Shown here one piece after another: positions 38,973 to 48,090 of a DNA stretch of 64,000 nucleotides. The notes beneath the pieces are model-generated. The model was not told the origin of the DNA. It did no database searches and saw only the letters and a list, made by a program, of their open reading frames with translations. The position numbers were made by a program, and so were the translations under genes. Position 1 is the stretch's first letter; each line of letters opens with the position of its first letter. Source of the DNA: an uncultured Gammaproteobacteria bacterium. GTDB taxonomy: Bacteria; Patescibacteriota; Patescibacteriia; UBA9934. The stretch spans positions 579,053-643,052 of the forward strand of contig CAYVLY010000001.1 of NCBI GenBank assembly GCA_964452565.1, written 5' to 3'.

Positions 38973-39876
38973 ACAACAATGTAACTGTGTGTGAATAGGC
39001 TCCGCTACTTATAGAATCGTCGGTTGATAGCTTTAAGGTTATGAAATCTCTAGTATTGAATGAGTTGGATGACCTGCTACCTATCTGCTGAAGGCTGCTT
39101 GTTATTGGGCTATCCTGTGTATCAAAATCTGAACTTGCAAGCGTTGTGTCAGATGACTTGGCACCATACTCTTTAGACCCCGCCGCGACAGCACCGTCAG
39201 AAACATCACTAATTGTATCAGTTCCATTAGTTAAATTCTGATCCTCATATACATAAACGCTGTAACCATCACCAACATCTGCGGTTACTTCCCATCCAAT
39301 TATAGAAGTTGAAACCGTAGAGGTTGTCGGCTCTGCCATTGTGGTCGCACTTGCATTCAATGCATAAAGATAATCGCTACTTCCATCTATGCTTGGTGTA
39401 GCGCCAGAATGCCACTCGTCAACAGTGATATCAGGATCGCTAATTGAAGCTATCTTTCCCATTGTCGAAACCTGCGAGGCTCCCTCGTCCTGTACCAACG
39501 CAACCATATCACCAACCGAAAATCCTGTTACGGAAGAAACTGTTACCGTTGTGCTAGATAGGGATGTTGCCGATACTTGAGATGAGCGATCCTCTATATA
39601 AATTGAAAAATCAGCAACGCGATCGTAGACACCGGCTCGATATCCCTGGTCAAGCTTATAAGTCGTGCTTGAACCCCCAGAGTCCGCGCTTTGATCAACG
39701 GAGTCTCTCAAGATATATGACGTTGATGAAGAGGCGTCGTCACCTCCCGCGCTTATGCTATCCCATTGAATCTGGAAGTTGGTTGAGGTCATCTGACCAG
39801 AAACAGAAAATCGGCAGCCAAAAATAGCTACAAGAATAGTGAGAGCAATGACTAGCCCCTTCTGTTTCATACACAA
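38956..39876 (-). CDS. Secreted Ser/Thr-rich hypothetical protein (first gene of the surface operon)
   Basis: Signal/lipobox-like MKQKGLVIALTILVAIFGC; S/T/D-rich; overlaps the next gene by 17 nt. Confidence 0.5.
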   Translation of the reverse strand: MCMKQKGLVIALTILVAIFGCRFSVSGQMTSTNFQIQWDSISAGGDDASSSTSYILRDSVDQSADSGGSSTTYKLDQGYRAGVYDRVADFSIYIEDRSSQVSATSLSSTTVTVSSVTGFSVGDMVALVQDEGASQVSTMGKIASISDPDITVDEWHSGATPSIDGSSDYLYALNASATTMAEPTTSTVSTSIIGWEVTADVGDGYSVYVYEDQNLTNGTDTISDVSDGAVAAGSKEYGAKSSDTTLASSDFDTQDSPITSSLQQIGSRSSNSFNTRDFITLKLSTDDSISSGAYSHTVTLLYVGDY

Positions 39877-40036
39877 GAATTATATCAATGAACACAATTT
39901 TTAGCTAAAGCCATATTTGGCCAACCTTAGCATAATATATACTCTAGGGTGTGGATAATTCTGGGTCTGACCCCTTTAAAAACGAATGACCTGTGGAGAA
40001 GTTAGAATCCTAGTTGTCTACGCCATGCTGGACATC

Positions 40037-40052
40037 TAGTTTCACGTGAAAC
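40037..40052. repeat. 16-bp palindromic motif tagTTTCACGTGAAAc, copy 1
   Basis: Identical 16-mer recurs at 40592-40607; core GTTTCACGTGAAAC is a perfect 14-bp palindrome. Confidence 0.6.
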
Positions 40053-40195
40053 CACATGAAACTCATCTCCTTTGACAAAGTACATCTTGTAAAAATGTCG
40101 AACGTAAACTTTTCATGGCAACCTGGGTCTGCACAATATAAACAAATGAGGATTAAGCGATGCGACCAGGCTGTATCCTGGCAGCCGTAAGTACA

Positions 40196-40228
40196 GCACT
40201 GCTCTTTACTGGCAGTGCTTTTCTTCTC
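40196..40228 (+). terminator. Plus-strand rho-independent terminator in the non-coding region (implies a divergent small transcript)
   Basis: agcactgc-tctttactg-gcagtgct, then tttcttctc. Confidence 0.45.
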
Positions 40229-40482
40229 AATAACCAGGAACCTCATGAGGCATCACGCAAAATCCCAAGAGTGTACTGAAATTAATTGTGATAAGGTGCT
40301 CATCATTGATAAACCGTGACCGCACCACCGGAAAACTCGTTAGTCCACGACTCGGCCTTCTGCCTTCTTGCAATTTTCCATAAAAAAGACACTTTAGACA
40401 GCAACTTTAATATACCCCCGGAGGGGGTCAGACCCAAACAGCTCGTATAATGAGTACTTTCATCGCTTGCCGCTGATCCAGG

Positions 40483-40512
40483 AAACAAAAGAACCGCCTT
40501 GCAGCGGTTCTT
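40483..40512 (-). terminator. Terminator downstream of tRNA-Arg
   Basis: aagaaccgc-tgcaag-gcggttctt, then a T-rich tract on the minus strand. Confidence 0.5.
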
Positions 40513-40513
40513 T

Positions 40514-40590
40514 TGGTGACCCCGGTAGGACTCGAACCTACAACCTTATCCTTAGGACGGATCTGCTCTATCCAGTTGAGCTACGGAGCC
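40514..40590 (-). tRNA. tRNA-Arg (anticodon CCT), CCA encoded
   Basis: Manual cloverleaf: GGCTCCG-TA-GCTC-AACTGGATA-GAGC-A-GATCC-GTCCTAA-GGATA-AGGTT-GTAGG-TTCGAGT-CCTAC-CGGGGTC-A-CCA (77 nt). Confidence 0.85.
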
Positions 40591-40591
40591 T

Positions 40592-40607
40592 TAGTTTCAC
40601 GTGAAAC
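40592..40607. repeat. 16-bp palindromic motif tagTTTCACGTGAAAc, copy 2 (abuts the tRNA-Arg 5' end)
   Basis: Identical to the 40037-40052 copy. Confidence 0.6.
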
Positions 40608-40685
40608 ATGCGTCGTAAAACGACATAATAACCAATAACGCATCAAAATCACGATGGTGGTATAATAGCACAACACAAAAAACAT

Positions 40686-41804
40686 ATGAACACATTCGAC
40701 ATTATTTTACTTATCCTTCTAATCGGTTGTGCCATTGCACTCGCAATCATTATTTATAAACTATCAAAACCAAATAAGGAACAAGCGTCGCAAAATATTG
40801 ATCAAATGCTTATAATGATCAAAGAGGATCTCTCTCGTAGCTCCGACCAGCATAAGAAAGATTTACTCATACAGATTCAACACCTCCAAAAGGAAATGGG
40901 TGAGGGTATCCGCCACTCACACTCATCAATGCAAAAACAATTCGAACATACATCACAGATTGTGCAGGACGTAACAAAGCGCTTAATAAACCTAGATCGG
41001 ACAAACAAACAAGTACTCGACTTTTCATCACAGCTGCAGAATCTTCAAAACATTCTGAAAAATCCAAAGCAGCGCGGGGTACTTGGAGAGTATTGGCTTG
41101 AGACACTTCTAAGCAATGTACTCCCAAAAGAAAGCTACAAGATGCAATACAGAATGGGGGAGGATGAAAAAACAGGACAAATACTTATCGCTGATGCTGC
41201 GATTTTCGTAAGAGATCAAATCATTCCAATCGATGCAAAGTTCAGTTTGGAAAACTACAATAGAATGATGGAACAGGCCCATGATGGGGCAGTAAAGGAA
41301 AAGCTTGAAAAACAATTTAAATCCGACGTAAAAAAGCGTATTGATGAAACTAGTAAATATATTCGTCAGGAACAGGGAACTATGAATTTTGCCTTCATGT
41401 TTATACCTGCCGAGGGAGTTTATTACAATCTCCTCAATGCAGATGTTGGTTCTGGCATCAACAGTAGCAACTTGGTTGAATACGCATTTGCAAAGCATGT
41501 CATGATCGTATCTCCTACCTCATTTTATGCATACCTACAGACAGTGCTCCTTGGCTTACGCGAGCTACAATTGGAAAAATCTACACAGGAAATAATCAAA
41601 CGCGTATCAGAACTCGGAAAGCACATGAAGAGCTATAGCGACTACCACGAACGCCTTGGAAAGAACCTGGGAACAGTAGTAAATCAATACAACAGTGCCA
41701 GCAACGAGCTACGCAAAGTTAGTAAGGACGTTTCAAAGATAACAACTGGCACCGTAGACGATGTAATTGAAGTAGACGAGATAACAAAACCACAGATCGG
41801 ATAG
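40686..41804 (+). CDS. rmuC: DNA recombination protein RmuC
   Basis: N-terminal TM, coiled-coil, then the RmuC core ...GEYWLETLL...PIDAKFSLENY...MFIPAEGVYY...VSPTSFYAYL. Confidence 0.85.
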   Translation: MNTFDIILLILLIGCAIALAIIIYKLSKPNKEQASQNIDQMLIMIKEDLSRSSDQHKKDLLIQIQHLQKEMGEGIRHSHSSMQKQFEHTSQIVQDVTKRLINLDRTNKQVLDFSSQLQNLQNILKNPKQRGVLGEYWLETLLSNVLPKESYKMQYRMGEDEKTGQILIADAAIFVRDQIIPIDAKFSLENYNRMMEQAHDGAVKEKLEKQFKSDVKKRIDETSKYIRQEQGTMNFAFMFIPAEGVYYNLLNADVGSGINSSNLVEYAFAKHVMIVSPTSFYAYLQTVLLGLRELQLEKSTQEIIKRVSELGKHMKSYSDYHERLGKNLGTVVNQYNSASNELRKVSKDVSKITTGTVDDVIEVDEITKPQIG

Positions 41805-41812
41805 CTAAATAC

Positions 41813-41845
41813 AAAATCGGCCCTTATGGGCCGATTTTATTTATG
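41813..41845. terminator. Bidirectional terminator between rmuC and rpsT
   Basis: aatcggccc-ttat-gggccgatt with flanking A/T tracts. Confidence 0.6.
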
Positions 41846-42104
41846 CTGCTTTTTTAAGCATCTTCATTGCTTGTGCTTTTACTCGCGCCGCCTTGTTCTT
41901 CTTGATGATATTTTGTCCAACCATCTTATCGGCGAGCTTGTAGAGCTTCGGAATCATAGACTCAACCTCCTTTGTCTTTTTATCATCAGATAGCTTTCGC
42001 ATCTGTCGACGAAGTGAGTGTAGCTCGGATCGGTAGATCTTATTGCGCTCATAGCGCTTTTTGCTCTGCCGAAGAGCCTTTTTTGCATTATCTAGGTTTG
42101 GCAT
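41841..42104 (-). CDS. rpsT: 30S ribosomal protein S20
   Basis: MPNLDNAKKALRQSKKRYERNKIYRS..., a basic alpha-helical S20 pattern. Confidence 0.85.
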   Translation of the reverse strand: MPNLDNAKKALRQSKKRYERNKIYRSELHSLRRQMRKLSDDKKTKEVESMIPKLYKLADKMVGQNIIKKNKAARVKAQAMKMLKKAA

Positions 42105-42173
42105 AATCTGTTATATCGAGCGTGATATAAGTAATTTGACACGTCGCAATAGTACGAAATCTAGCCATTTTTG

Positions 42174-43160
42174 TCAATGATTAGCAGTCGACAGCGGGAG
42201 AATAGACATATCAACTGCCTGATCAGCCTGCAAAACTCCAATCTTTACAAATAGATCGTTCACCATCATATTCCTTTGAATCTCAATGAGCTCATCCTTT
42301 GAAAACCGCTTCTGCTGATCTGTAAGCTTCTTTGCAACAAAAGGATGCACACCAAGAGCCCCTGCTAAATCTTTCTGATTCGAACCTGTATTCTGCTCAA
42401 AGTAATCACTCGCAGCTATCAAGAGCCTCACTTGCCGAACCAGCATTCCGAATAATTGCGCGTCAGGCATTCCAAATAATCGCTGTTGCTCTAAGAGCTC
42501 TTTTACGCGAGCTTCGTTACGCTGGCTCATTGCATCAAGTAACACAAATAGCTGATCATCCGCACTCGGCCTTACAAGTAAATCAAGATCATCCTGACCA
42601 ACCTTGCGCCCCTTACAGTAAGCCGACAACTTATCAAGCTCAAGTGACAAGATCCAAGCATCAACCCCTGCCATCATCACAAAACTTCTAGATATGGCGG
42701 AGTTCATTGTTAAATCTCGCTTCTGAGCCTCACTCGCGACCCACTTGATTGCCTGCGATTCACTCATTGGCTCAAAAATGTATTCATGAACATCCTCACT
42801 CGACTTAAAACTAGAAACTATCGCATGCCTTTGTGCTTTATTCTTACCAACTTCATCAAACAAAATCACGATCGTGCTCTCTGGAATATTCTCAAATAAT
42901 TCGATCCATGGCTTTGACTCTGGCTTGCGCGTCACCTCACTCAAGAGCCCCCCTACAATAACCATCCGCTTAGTCGAAAGAAATGGAGGAGATTGAATCG
43001 CCTGAGCAATCTGACCCAGCTCAAGCTTTTTCTGATCCTTAGGAGGGAACTCAACAACATTCGTGCCAGATGCATCAAACTTATCCAAAAAGGCCTCACG
43101 CATCACGCGCACTTTTTCTTTTGCATTAAATCTATCCTCGCCAAAAACAAATATCAGCAT
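42174..43160 (-). CDS. holA: DNA polymerase III subunit delta
   Basis: MLIFVFGEDRF... N-terminus with the typical HolA length and fold pattern. Confidence 0.7.
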   Translation of the reverse strand: MLIFVFGEDRFNAKEKVRVMREAFLDKFDASGTNVVEFPPKDQKKLELGQIAQAIQSPPFLSTKRMVIVGGLLSEVTRKPESKPWIELFENIPESTIVILFDEVGKNKAQRHAIVSSFKSSEDVHEYIFEPMSESQAIKWVASEAQKRDLTMNSAISRSFVMMAGVDAWILSLELDKLSAYCKGRKVGQDDLDLLVRPSADDQLFVLLDAMSQRNEARVKELLEQQRLFGMPDAQLFGMLVRQVRLLIAASDYFEQNTGSNQKDLAGALGVHPFVAKKLTDQQKRFSKDELIEIQRNMMVNDLFVKIGVLQADQAVDMSILPLSTANH

Positions 43161-43261
43161 AGTGCTGACATCTTATCACATTCTCAAAAGATCCCTCGAC
43201 TCCCTTCGGTCGCTCAGGATGGACGGAGTGAAAAGCAGACACCCCGCTTTTTGCGAGGTGT

Positions 43262-43864
43262 TTATTTGTATTTATCAAATATCTTATAACTCATCCTATG
43301 AATAGGGCAGGGGCCGTGTTTTTTAATACGCCCCAAGTGCATATTTGTGCCATATCCCTTATGACGCTCAAATCCGTACTCTGGGTAAAAATCTGACATT
43401 GACTGCATCAAACGGTCTCTTGTTACTTTAGCGATGATCGATGCTGCGGAAATCGATTTTACCAATCGGTCTCCTCGAACAATTGACTCTTGCTCACACC
43501 TGATTCCTGGAACATGCCACGCGTCAACCAATGCAACCTCTAAGTTTTTAATCTTCTCAAGTGCCCGTCTCATCGCAAGCAGGGAGGCCTGCCTAACATT
43601 GATTAAATCAACCTCCTCATGCGATGCTTGACCAACACCCCAAGCATTAGCTCGGAACAGAATTTTATTAAAAAGCTCTTCTCGGCGCTTCTCACTTAAC
43701 AACTTTGAATCATTGAGCGCTCCAATCCTGGAATTCAACGGCAACACAACAGCAGCGGCAACAACCGGACCTGCCAAGGCCCCAGCCCCAGCCTCATCAA
43801 CTCCTGCGATTATCCTAAATCCTTCTTTAATATATCTCCTTTCATAATGGAAAGTTGGTCGCCT
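43262..43864 (-). CDS. rnhB: Ribonuclease HII
   Basis: IIAGVDEAGAGALAGPVVAAAVVL...DSKLLS... ; probable start MRRPTFHYERRY. Confidence 0.85.
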   Translation of the reverse strand, partial: RRPTFHYERRYIKEGFRIIAGVDEAGAGALAGPVVAAAVVLPLNSRIGALNDSKLLSEKRREELFNKILFRANAWGVGQASHEEVDLINVRQASLLAMRRALEKIKNLEVALVDAWHVPGIRCEQESIVRGDRLVKSISAASIIAKVTRDRLMQSMSDFYPEYGFERHKGYGTNMHLGRIKKHGPCPIHRMSYKIFDKYK

Positions 43865-43868
43865 CATA

Positions 43869-44243
43869 CTATCGACCCAGTCGTGAAAGGTAATACATCC
43901 ATGTTGCTGAAAAAATAGCAAAGATAATAAAAATGACAACCAAGGCGGCTGCGAAATTAGAAAGTAATGTGATCAATATCGCGATCATGGCTAAGAGCGA
44001 CCACACGACCTTAAGCTTGAGCATTGCCCTATATACTTCAGGACTGGCTCTGTGGACTAAAAGGGAGGTTAGACCAATCGCGAAGAGTGCTGCAGCTACC
44101 AATCTGATCGTCAACACACCCTCACCTTCAATTCCGATTAAATCAGACACCCAGGCAGGCGCTAAAAACATCGGGATGGCGAAAATCATATCCACGATGA
44201 AATGCGCTACAAACCACGAACGTAATGAATTTGGTAATTGCAT
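43869..44243 (-). CDS. Hypothetical small membrane protein
   Basis: 3-4 hydrophobic helices; start MQLPNSLRSW overlaps the polA stop by 3 nt. Confidence 0.4.
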   Translation of the reverse strand: MQLPNSLRSWFVAHFIVDMIFAIPMFLAPAWVSDLIGIEGEGVLTIRLVAAALFAIGLTSLLVHRASPEVYRAMLKLKVVWSLLAMIAILITLLSNFAAALVVIFIIFAIFSATWMYYLSRLGR

Positions 44244-44244
44244 A

Positions 44245-46812
44245 TTATTTCCAAGCTTTAAGTTTACCCCAATGCTTTCCAGTCTCCACATCAACAATCA
44301 AAGGCACCTCACTGCTCCAGACACTCTCCATGATAGCTTTAATCTTTGGCACAGCCTTTTTAATATCATCATTCTTAATCTCAAATACAAGCTCATCATG
44401 CACCTGCAACAACATCTTAACATCAAGCTCGCTCTTTTCAATCCATTTCTGAACTTCAATCATTGCCATCTTAACAAGATCGGCCTGTGTGCCTTGAACT
44501 GGCATATTCACAGCCATACGCTCTGCAGCAGCACGCAACATCTGCATTCCCGAATTAACATCTGGCAAATAGCGTCGTCGGCCAAATAATGTCTCAACAT
44601 ACCCATCGCTGTGCGCCTTGGTCTTCATCTCGTCGATATAATTACCAATCCCAGGATGAAGTTCAAAGTACTTATCAATAAATCCTTGTGCCTCTTGCTT
44701 TGACAGGCCACTTGATCGCGCCAAGTTACGTGGACCCATTCCATATAATATCCCAAAATTGATCGCCTTTGCTGCATGACGCTCATACTTTGTTATATCC
44801 TCTTCTGATTTTTCTAGAATCTCAGCAGCGGTACGTGTATGAATGTCAGCACCCTCTTGAAAAGCCCGAACAAAGGCATTGTCCTTGGCGAAAACCGCAG
44901 CTAGACGAAGTTCAAACTGGGAATAATCACATGCCACTAATGTATAGCCGTGTTTTGCAGTAAATGCATTACGAATCTCTTTTCCAAGCTCTGTGCGCAC
45001 TGGAATATTCTGCAAGTTTGGTTCTGATGATGAAAGCCGACCAGTAGCAGTCACTGCCTGATTGAATGATGAATGTATTCGGCCATCATCTTCGATCAAT
45101 TCAGGCAGTGCATCAACATAAGTAGACTTCATCTTCGCAAACTCTCGATACTTTGAGATCAGAGGAACGATCTCATGCACCTCCCAAAGCTTCTCAAGCT
45201 CACTTGCCGCAGTAGAAAGTCCGGTCTTTGTCTTTTTAATTCTTTTGGTTGGAAGTTCTAGAACATCAAACAAGATATGCGCCAATTGAGAAGGGGATTT
45301 TATATTAAACTCCTCCCCGGAAAGTGTGTAGATCTTCTTGGTCAACTTCCTGAGCTCACGCTCGAACTTCTTTGAAAGTTCCTTGAGATGATCGGCGTCA
45401 ACTTCGATGCCCTCGCGCTCCATTATATAAAGAATTTGAACGAGTGGCATTTCAACTTCGTGGGCAAGCTTCAATACCCCCTGCTTTTGAAGTAATTTTT
45501 CGAGCTTTTTATATAATCCAAGAATTACGTCGATCCAATCCTCTAGTGCCGCACCTTCCTTAATACTGCTCTTGAGATATTTCTTAGCGCATGCCGGCAG
45601 ATCAAAAGCTCTCTCATGTGATGCTGCAAGATATGCCGCAACCATGGTATCGAAAACCGAGGCATCGATCGAAACTTGCAATAAATGCATCACACTCTTC
45701 AGGTCGTGGCCCACAACAAGCTTTGCCTTGTTAAGCACCTTAATAAATGCATCAAGCTCATCTTTTGTCTGTGCTTTCGCAACTTTCGATCCATTTGAAA
45801 CAACAACCTCAACTGAGCCTTTACCAAACAAATCAGCTTGAACGGCGCGCGCCGCAACATACACAACATCTGTTTTGATCTTCTCGATCGAGGCAAGCTT
45901 CTTTTTTGACTTCGACCCCTGATTGTCAACATCCTCTACACCCTTGTACTTCTTTAGCAGGTTCTTAAACTCCAAATCCTCAAGCATCGGGATGAGTTCG
46001 TCAATGCTCGGATCCTGAATCTTAGCGTCTGTGATTCTAAACCCAGGCAACTTCACGGTTCGTACTAACCGAACCAAGACCTGCATGTCCTTTAGCTCCT
46101 TCTCTTTACCACGTAAACGCTTTGCATGCTTTTCCTCAAGCTCCTCACGCTTCAATGCCCTAAGTAAACCATTAATTGATTCGTATTTTTGCAATAAAGT
46201 TGCAGCCGTCTTCTTTCCAATACCCTCAATGCCTGGGATATTATCGGACGGATCACCCATCAATGCTTTAAAGTCGACCATTTGCTCAGGCTCAAGCCCA
46301 TAGCGCTCATTCACGGCCCTTCGATCATACTCAACGGTTTCCGAAATCCCTTTTTTAAATGCAATGACTCGCACAGCGCCATTTACTAGCTGTAGTAAGT
46401 CCATATCACCACTCAGAACCTTTATAGCAATATCATCCTTTGCATAGCGCTTCGCAAGTGTGGCGATCACGTCATCAGCTTCATATCCTTCTGATGAAAG
46501 TGATGGTATTCCGTAAACATCAAGTGCATCTTTTATGACACCGATCTGCTCGTAAAGCTCATCCTCCTTTTTTTCACGCGTTCCCTTGTAATCCTCGTAA
46601 GCCTCGTGTCGAAACGTGCCGCCTGCTAAGTCCCAAGCTACAGCCATGTAATCAGGCTTATACTGCGTGCGCATTTTCTCAATTATATTTAAAAACCCAT
46701 ACACAGCATTTACCACCTGACCGCTTGATGTTGTCAATGGTGGAATTGCGTGCCACGCACGGTGCAAAAGTGCATTTCCATCTAAGACTAAAAAGACTTT
46801 TTTCTTCGCCAT
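44245..46812 (-). CDS. polA: DNA polymerase I
   Basis: 5'-3' exonuclease N-terminus MAKKKVFLVLDGNALLHRAWHA and a C-terminal polymerase domain (...RRAAKAINFGILYG...VHDELVFE...). Confidence 0.9.
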   Translation of the reverse strand: MAKKKVFLVLDGNALLHRAWHAIPPLTTSSGQVVNAVYGFLNIIEKMRTQYKPDYMAVAWDLAGGTFRHEAYEDYKGTREKKEDELYEQIGVIKDALDVYGIPSLSSEGYEADDVIATLAKRYAKDDIAIKVLSGDMDLLQLVNGAVRVIAFKKGISETVEYDRRAVNERYGLEPEQMVDFKALMGDPSDNIPGIEGIGKKTAATLLQKYESINGLLRALKREELEEKHAKRLRGKEKELKDMQVLVRLVRTVKLPGFRITDAKIQDPSIDELIPMLEDLEFKNLLKKYKGVEDVDNQGSKSKKKLASIEKIKTDVVYVAARAVQADLFGKGSVEVVVSNGSKVAKAQTKDELDAFIKVLNKAKLVVGHDLKSVMHLLQVSIDASVFDTMVAAYLAASHERAFDLPACAKKYLKSSIKEGAALEDWIDVILGLYKKLEKLLQKQGVLKLAHEVEMPLVQILYIMEREGIEVDADHLKELSKKFERELRKLTKKIYTLSGEEFNIKSPSQLAHILFDVLELPTKRIKKTKTGLSTAASELEKLWEVHEIVPLISKYREFAKMKSTYVDALPELIEDDGRIHSSFNQAVTATGRLSSSEPNLQNIPVRTELGKEIRNAFTAKHGYTLVACDYSQFELRLAAVFAKDNAFVRAFQEGADIHTRTAAEILEKSEEDITKYERHAAKAINFGILYGMGPRNLARSSGLSKQEAQGFIDKYFELHPGIGNYIDEMKTKAHSDGYVETLFGRRRYLPDVNSGMQMLRAAAERMAVNMPVQGTQADLVKMAMIEVQKWIEKSELDVKMLLQVHDELVFEIKNDDIKKAVPKIKAIMESVWSSEVPLIVDVETGKHWGKLKAWK

Positions 46813-46837
46813 ATACATTGATTTTACCTCTTTTGGG

Positions 46838-46889
46838 CCCAAAAAAGAAGACGCCCTCGGCATCGTCTTCCATGGCGACAACCGAGGGC
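46838..46889 (-). terminator. Terminator / attenuator-like alternative hairpins ~40 nt upstream of the polA start
   Basis: On the minus strand: GCCCTCGG-21nt-CCGAGGGC, with the embedded alternative GAAGACG-atgccgaggg-CGTCTTC, followed directly by TTTTTT. Confidence 0.45.
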
Positions 46890-47554
46890 AGAGCTTGTGC
46901 ACTGAGAGCCTGCAGGAGCAACTACAGCAGTGGCGGCTCCCGGGCTAGCTTTCATGTATCAGCGCTTCCGCATTGGCTGCGCACGTGCACCCTTGCGGTA
47001 TTTACATAGTATTCCATTTGTTGTCTATTTGCAAAAAGCATGCCGCCTGGGCAACCGAGGTTACCCAGGCGGGGAGGAGACGCAAGAGACACGAGGGTCT
47101 CCAAGCGCGCAGATTTGAGGCCGGGGGCCGCCAAGCGACTCTCGCTGGCGTGGGGGGGAGGACGGCCGAGCAAGGCTCTGCCCGACGACCACCCGACCTC
47201 GTAGATTTGGGACCGGGCCAGCAGGCTCTGAGGCTTGCCGGCGTGGCATAGTAGGTAGCTTCCTTGGAGACACTGATCCTACTTGCAGGTGCGCCGTGGT
47301 CAGCGCTGTGGGACGCGGCTCCATGCAGAGCGCGGCCCGGCCCAGGATTAAATCGAGACGTAGCTGCCTACGTGACGGCGGATCTTAACGGTACCGCTGC
47401 CCTCTGCAAGGACAAAACGTCTGCAGGCTCCGTAGCTCGTTCGACTCAACCCTTCAGAAAAATGCTTCAAGATTATGCCATAGCAGTGACGACGAGTCAA
47501 TAGCAAGAGGCCCGCTTGTCCACAGCGGGCCTCACGATGAGGAGCGTTCGAGAT

Positions 47555-47941
47555 CTAGACCAGGCCGGTCAGGATGAGCCCCAGATCCACGGCAGCGTGA
47601 CAGAACTGATCCATCTCGATGGTCTTGATGACCTCATAGCGCGCCTTGAGATCGTCGATCACCATGTGTAGGGCCACTCGAATCACGATAGCGGCGAGCG
47701 TCAGATTGAAGCTCAGTGCAATCGTGAACTCTGGAACTACATCGAGCTGAAAGCTCGGAATGGCCCAGAGCAGGAGAATTGGCGCATTGGCCGTGCACGC
47801 ATGGTAGAAGAGAACCCCTCGGCTCTTGCCCTTCTCCATGCACTGCCAACTGCTCTGCAGACCGAAGTCTCCCCAGGCGTGCAAGAGATACATGACCGCG
47901 AGCTTGGTGGCCACGAGCAGTACGAGCAGAGCGAAGTCCAT
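47555..47941 (-). CDS. Hypothetical membrane protein (high-GC island)
   Basis: 128 aa with hydrophobic segments; strong SD AAGGAGGG; ~62% GC. Confidence 0.45.
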   Translation of the reverse strand: MDFALLVLLVATKLAVMYLLHAWGDFGLQSSWQCMEKGKSRGVLFYHACTANAPILLLWAIPSFQLDVVPEFTIALSFNLTLAAIVIRVALHMVIDDLKARYEVIKTIEMDQFCHAAVDLGLILTGLV

Positions 47942-48090
47942 GATTCCCTCCTTAGGGTCGTCACAACATGCACACCATTGTGCACTTAGACTATGTCATA
48001 CAGTAAATATTCACACCATGCAATCTGTCGTATTTTTCTGACACTTTTTGACGGGCAATGATTATTGCTTTATCCTTATTATATATGTAT

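Larger units (their letters stand above)
39962..40436. repeat. 13-bp perfect inverted repeats tgggtctgacccc (39962-39974) / ggggtcagaccca (40424-40436) bracketing a ~450-bp non-coding segment
   Basis: Exact reverse complements. Confidence 0.6.

Noticed and set aside
40010-40488. Cys-rich 78-aa ORF (40010..40246) and 61-aa ORF (40303..40488) next to tRNA-Arg
   Set aside because: Neither has an RBS; the first spans the palindromic repeat and a plus-strand terminator, so the region is more likely non-coding or sRNA.
46940-46960. GCCACTG resembling the cobalamin-riboswitch B12 box
   Set aside because: A 7-mer is expected by chance; the surrounding conserved B12-aptamer elements are absent and there is no cobalamin-related downstream gene (polA).
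47400-47460. ggctccgtagctcgttcgactcaaccc resembling a tRNA 5' half / T-arm
   Set aside because: It shares the first 13 nt with tRNA-Arg but cannot be folded into a full cloverleaf (no acceptor complement or anticodon arm). It may be a tRNA fragment or pseudo-tRNA remnant, but the evidence is insufficient.
46930-47503. Several 60-95-aa ORFs on both strands in the GC-rich region upstream of polA
   Set aside because: They overlap in all frames with R/A/G/P-rich low-complexity translations, typical of non-coding high-GC DNA.
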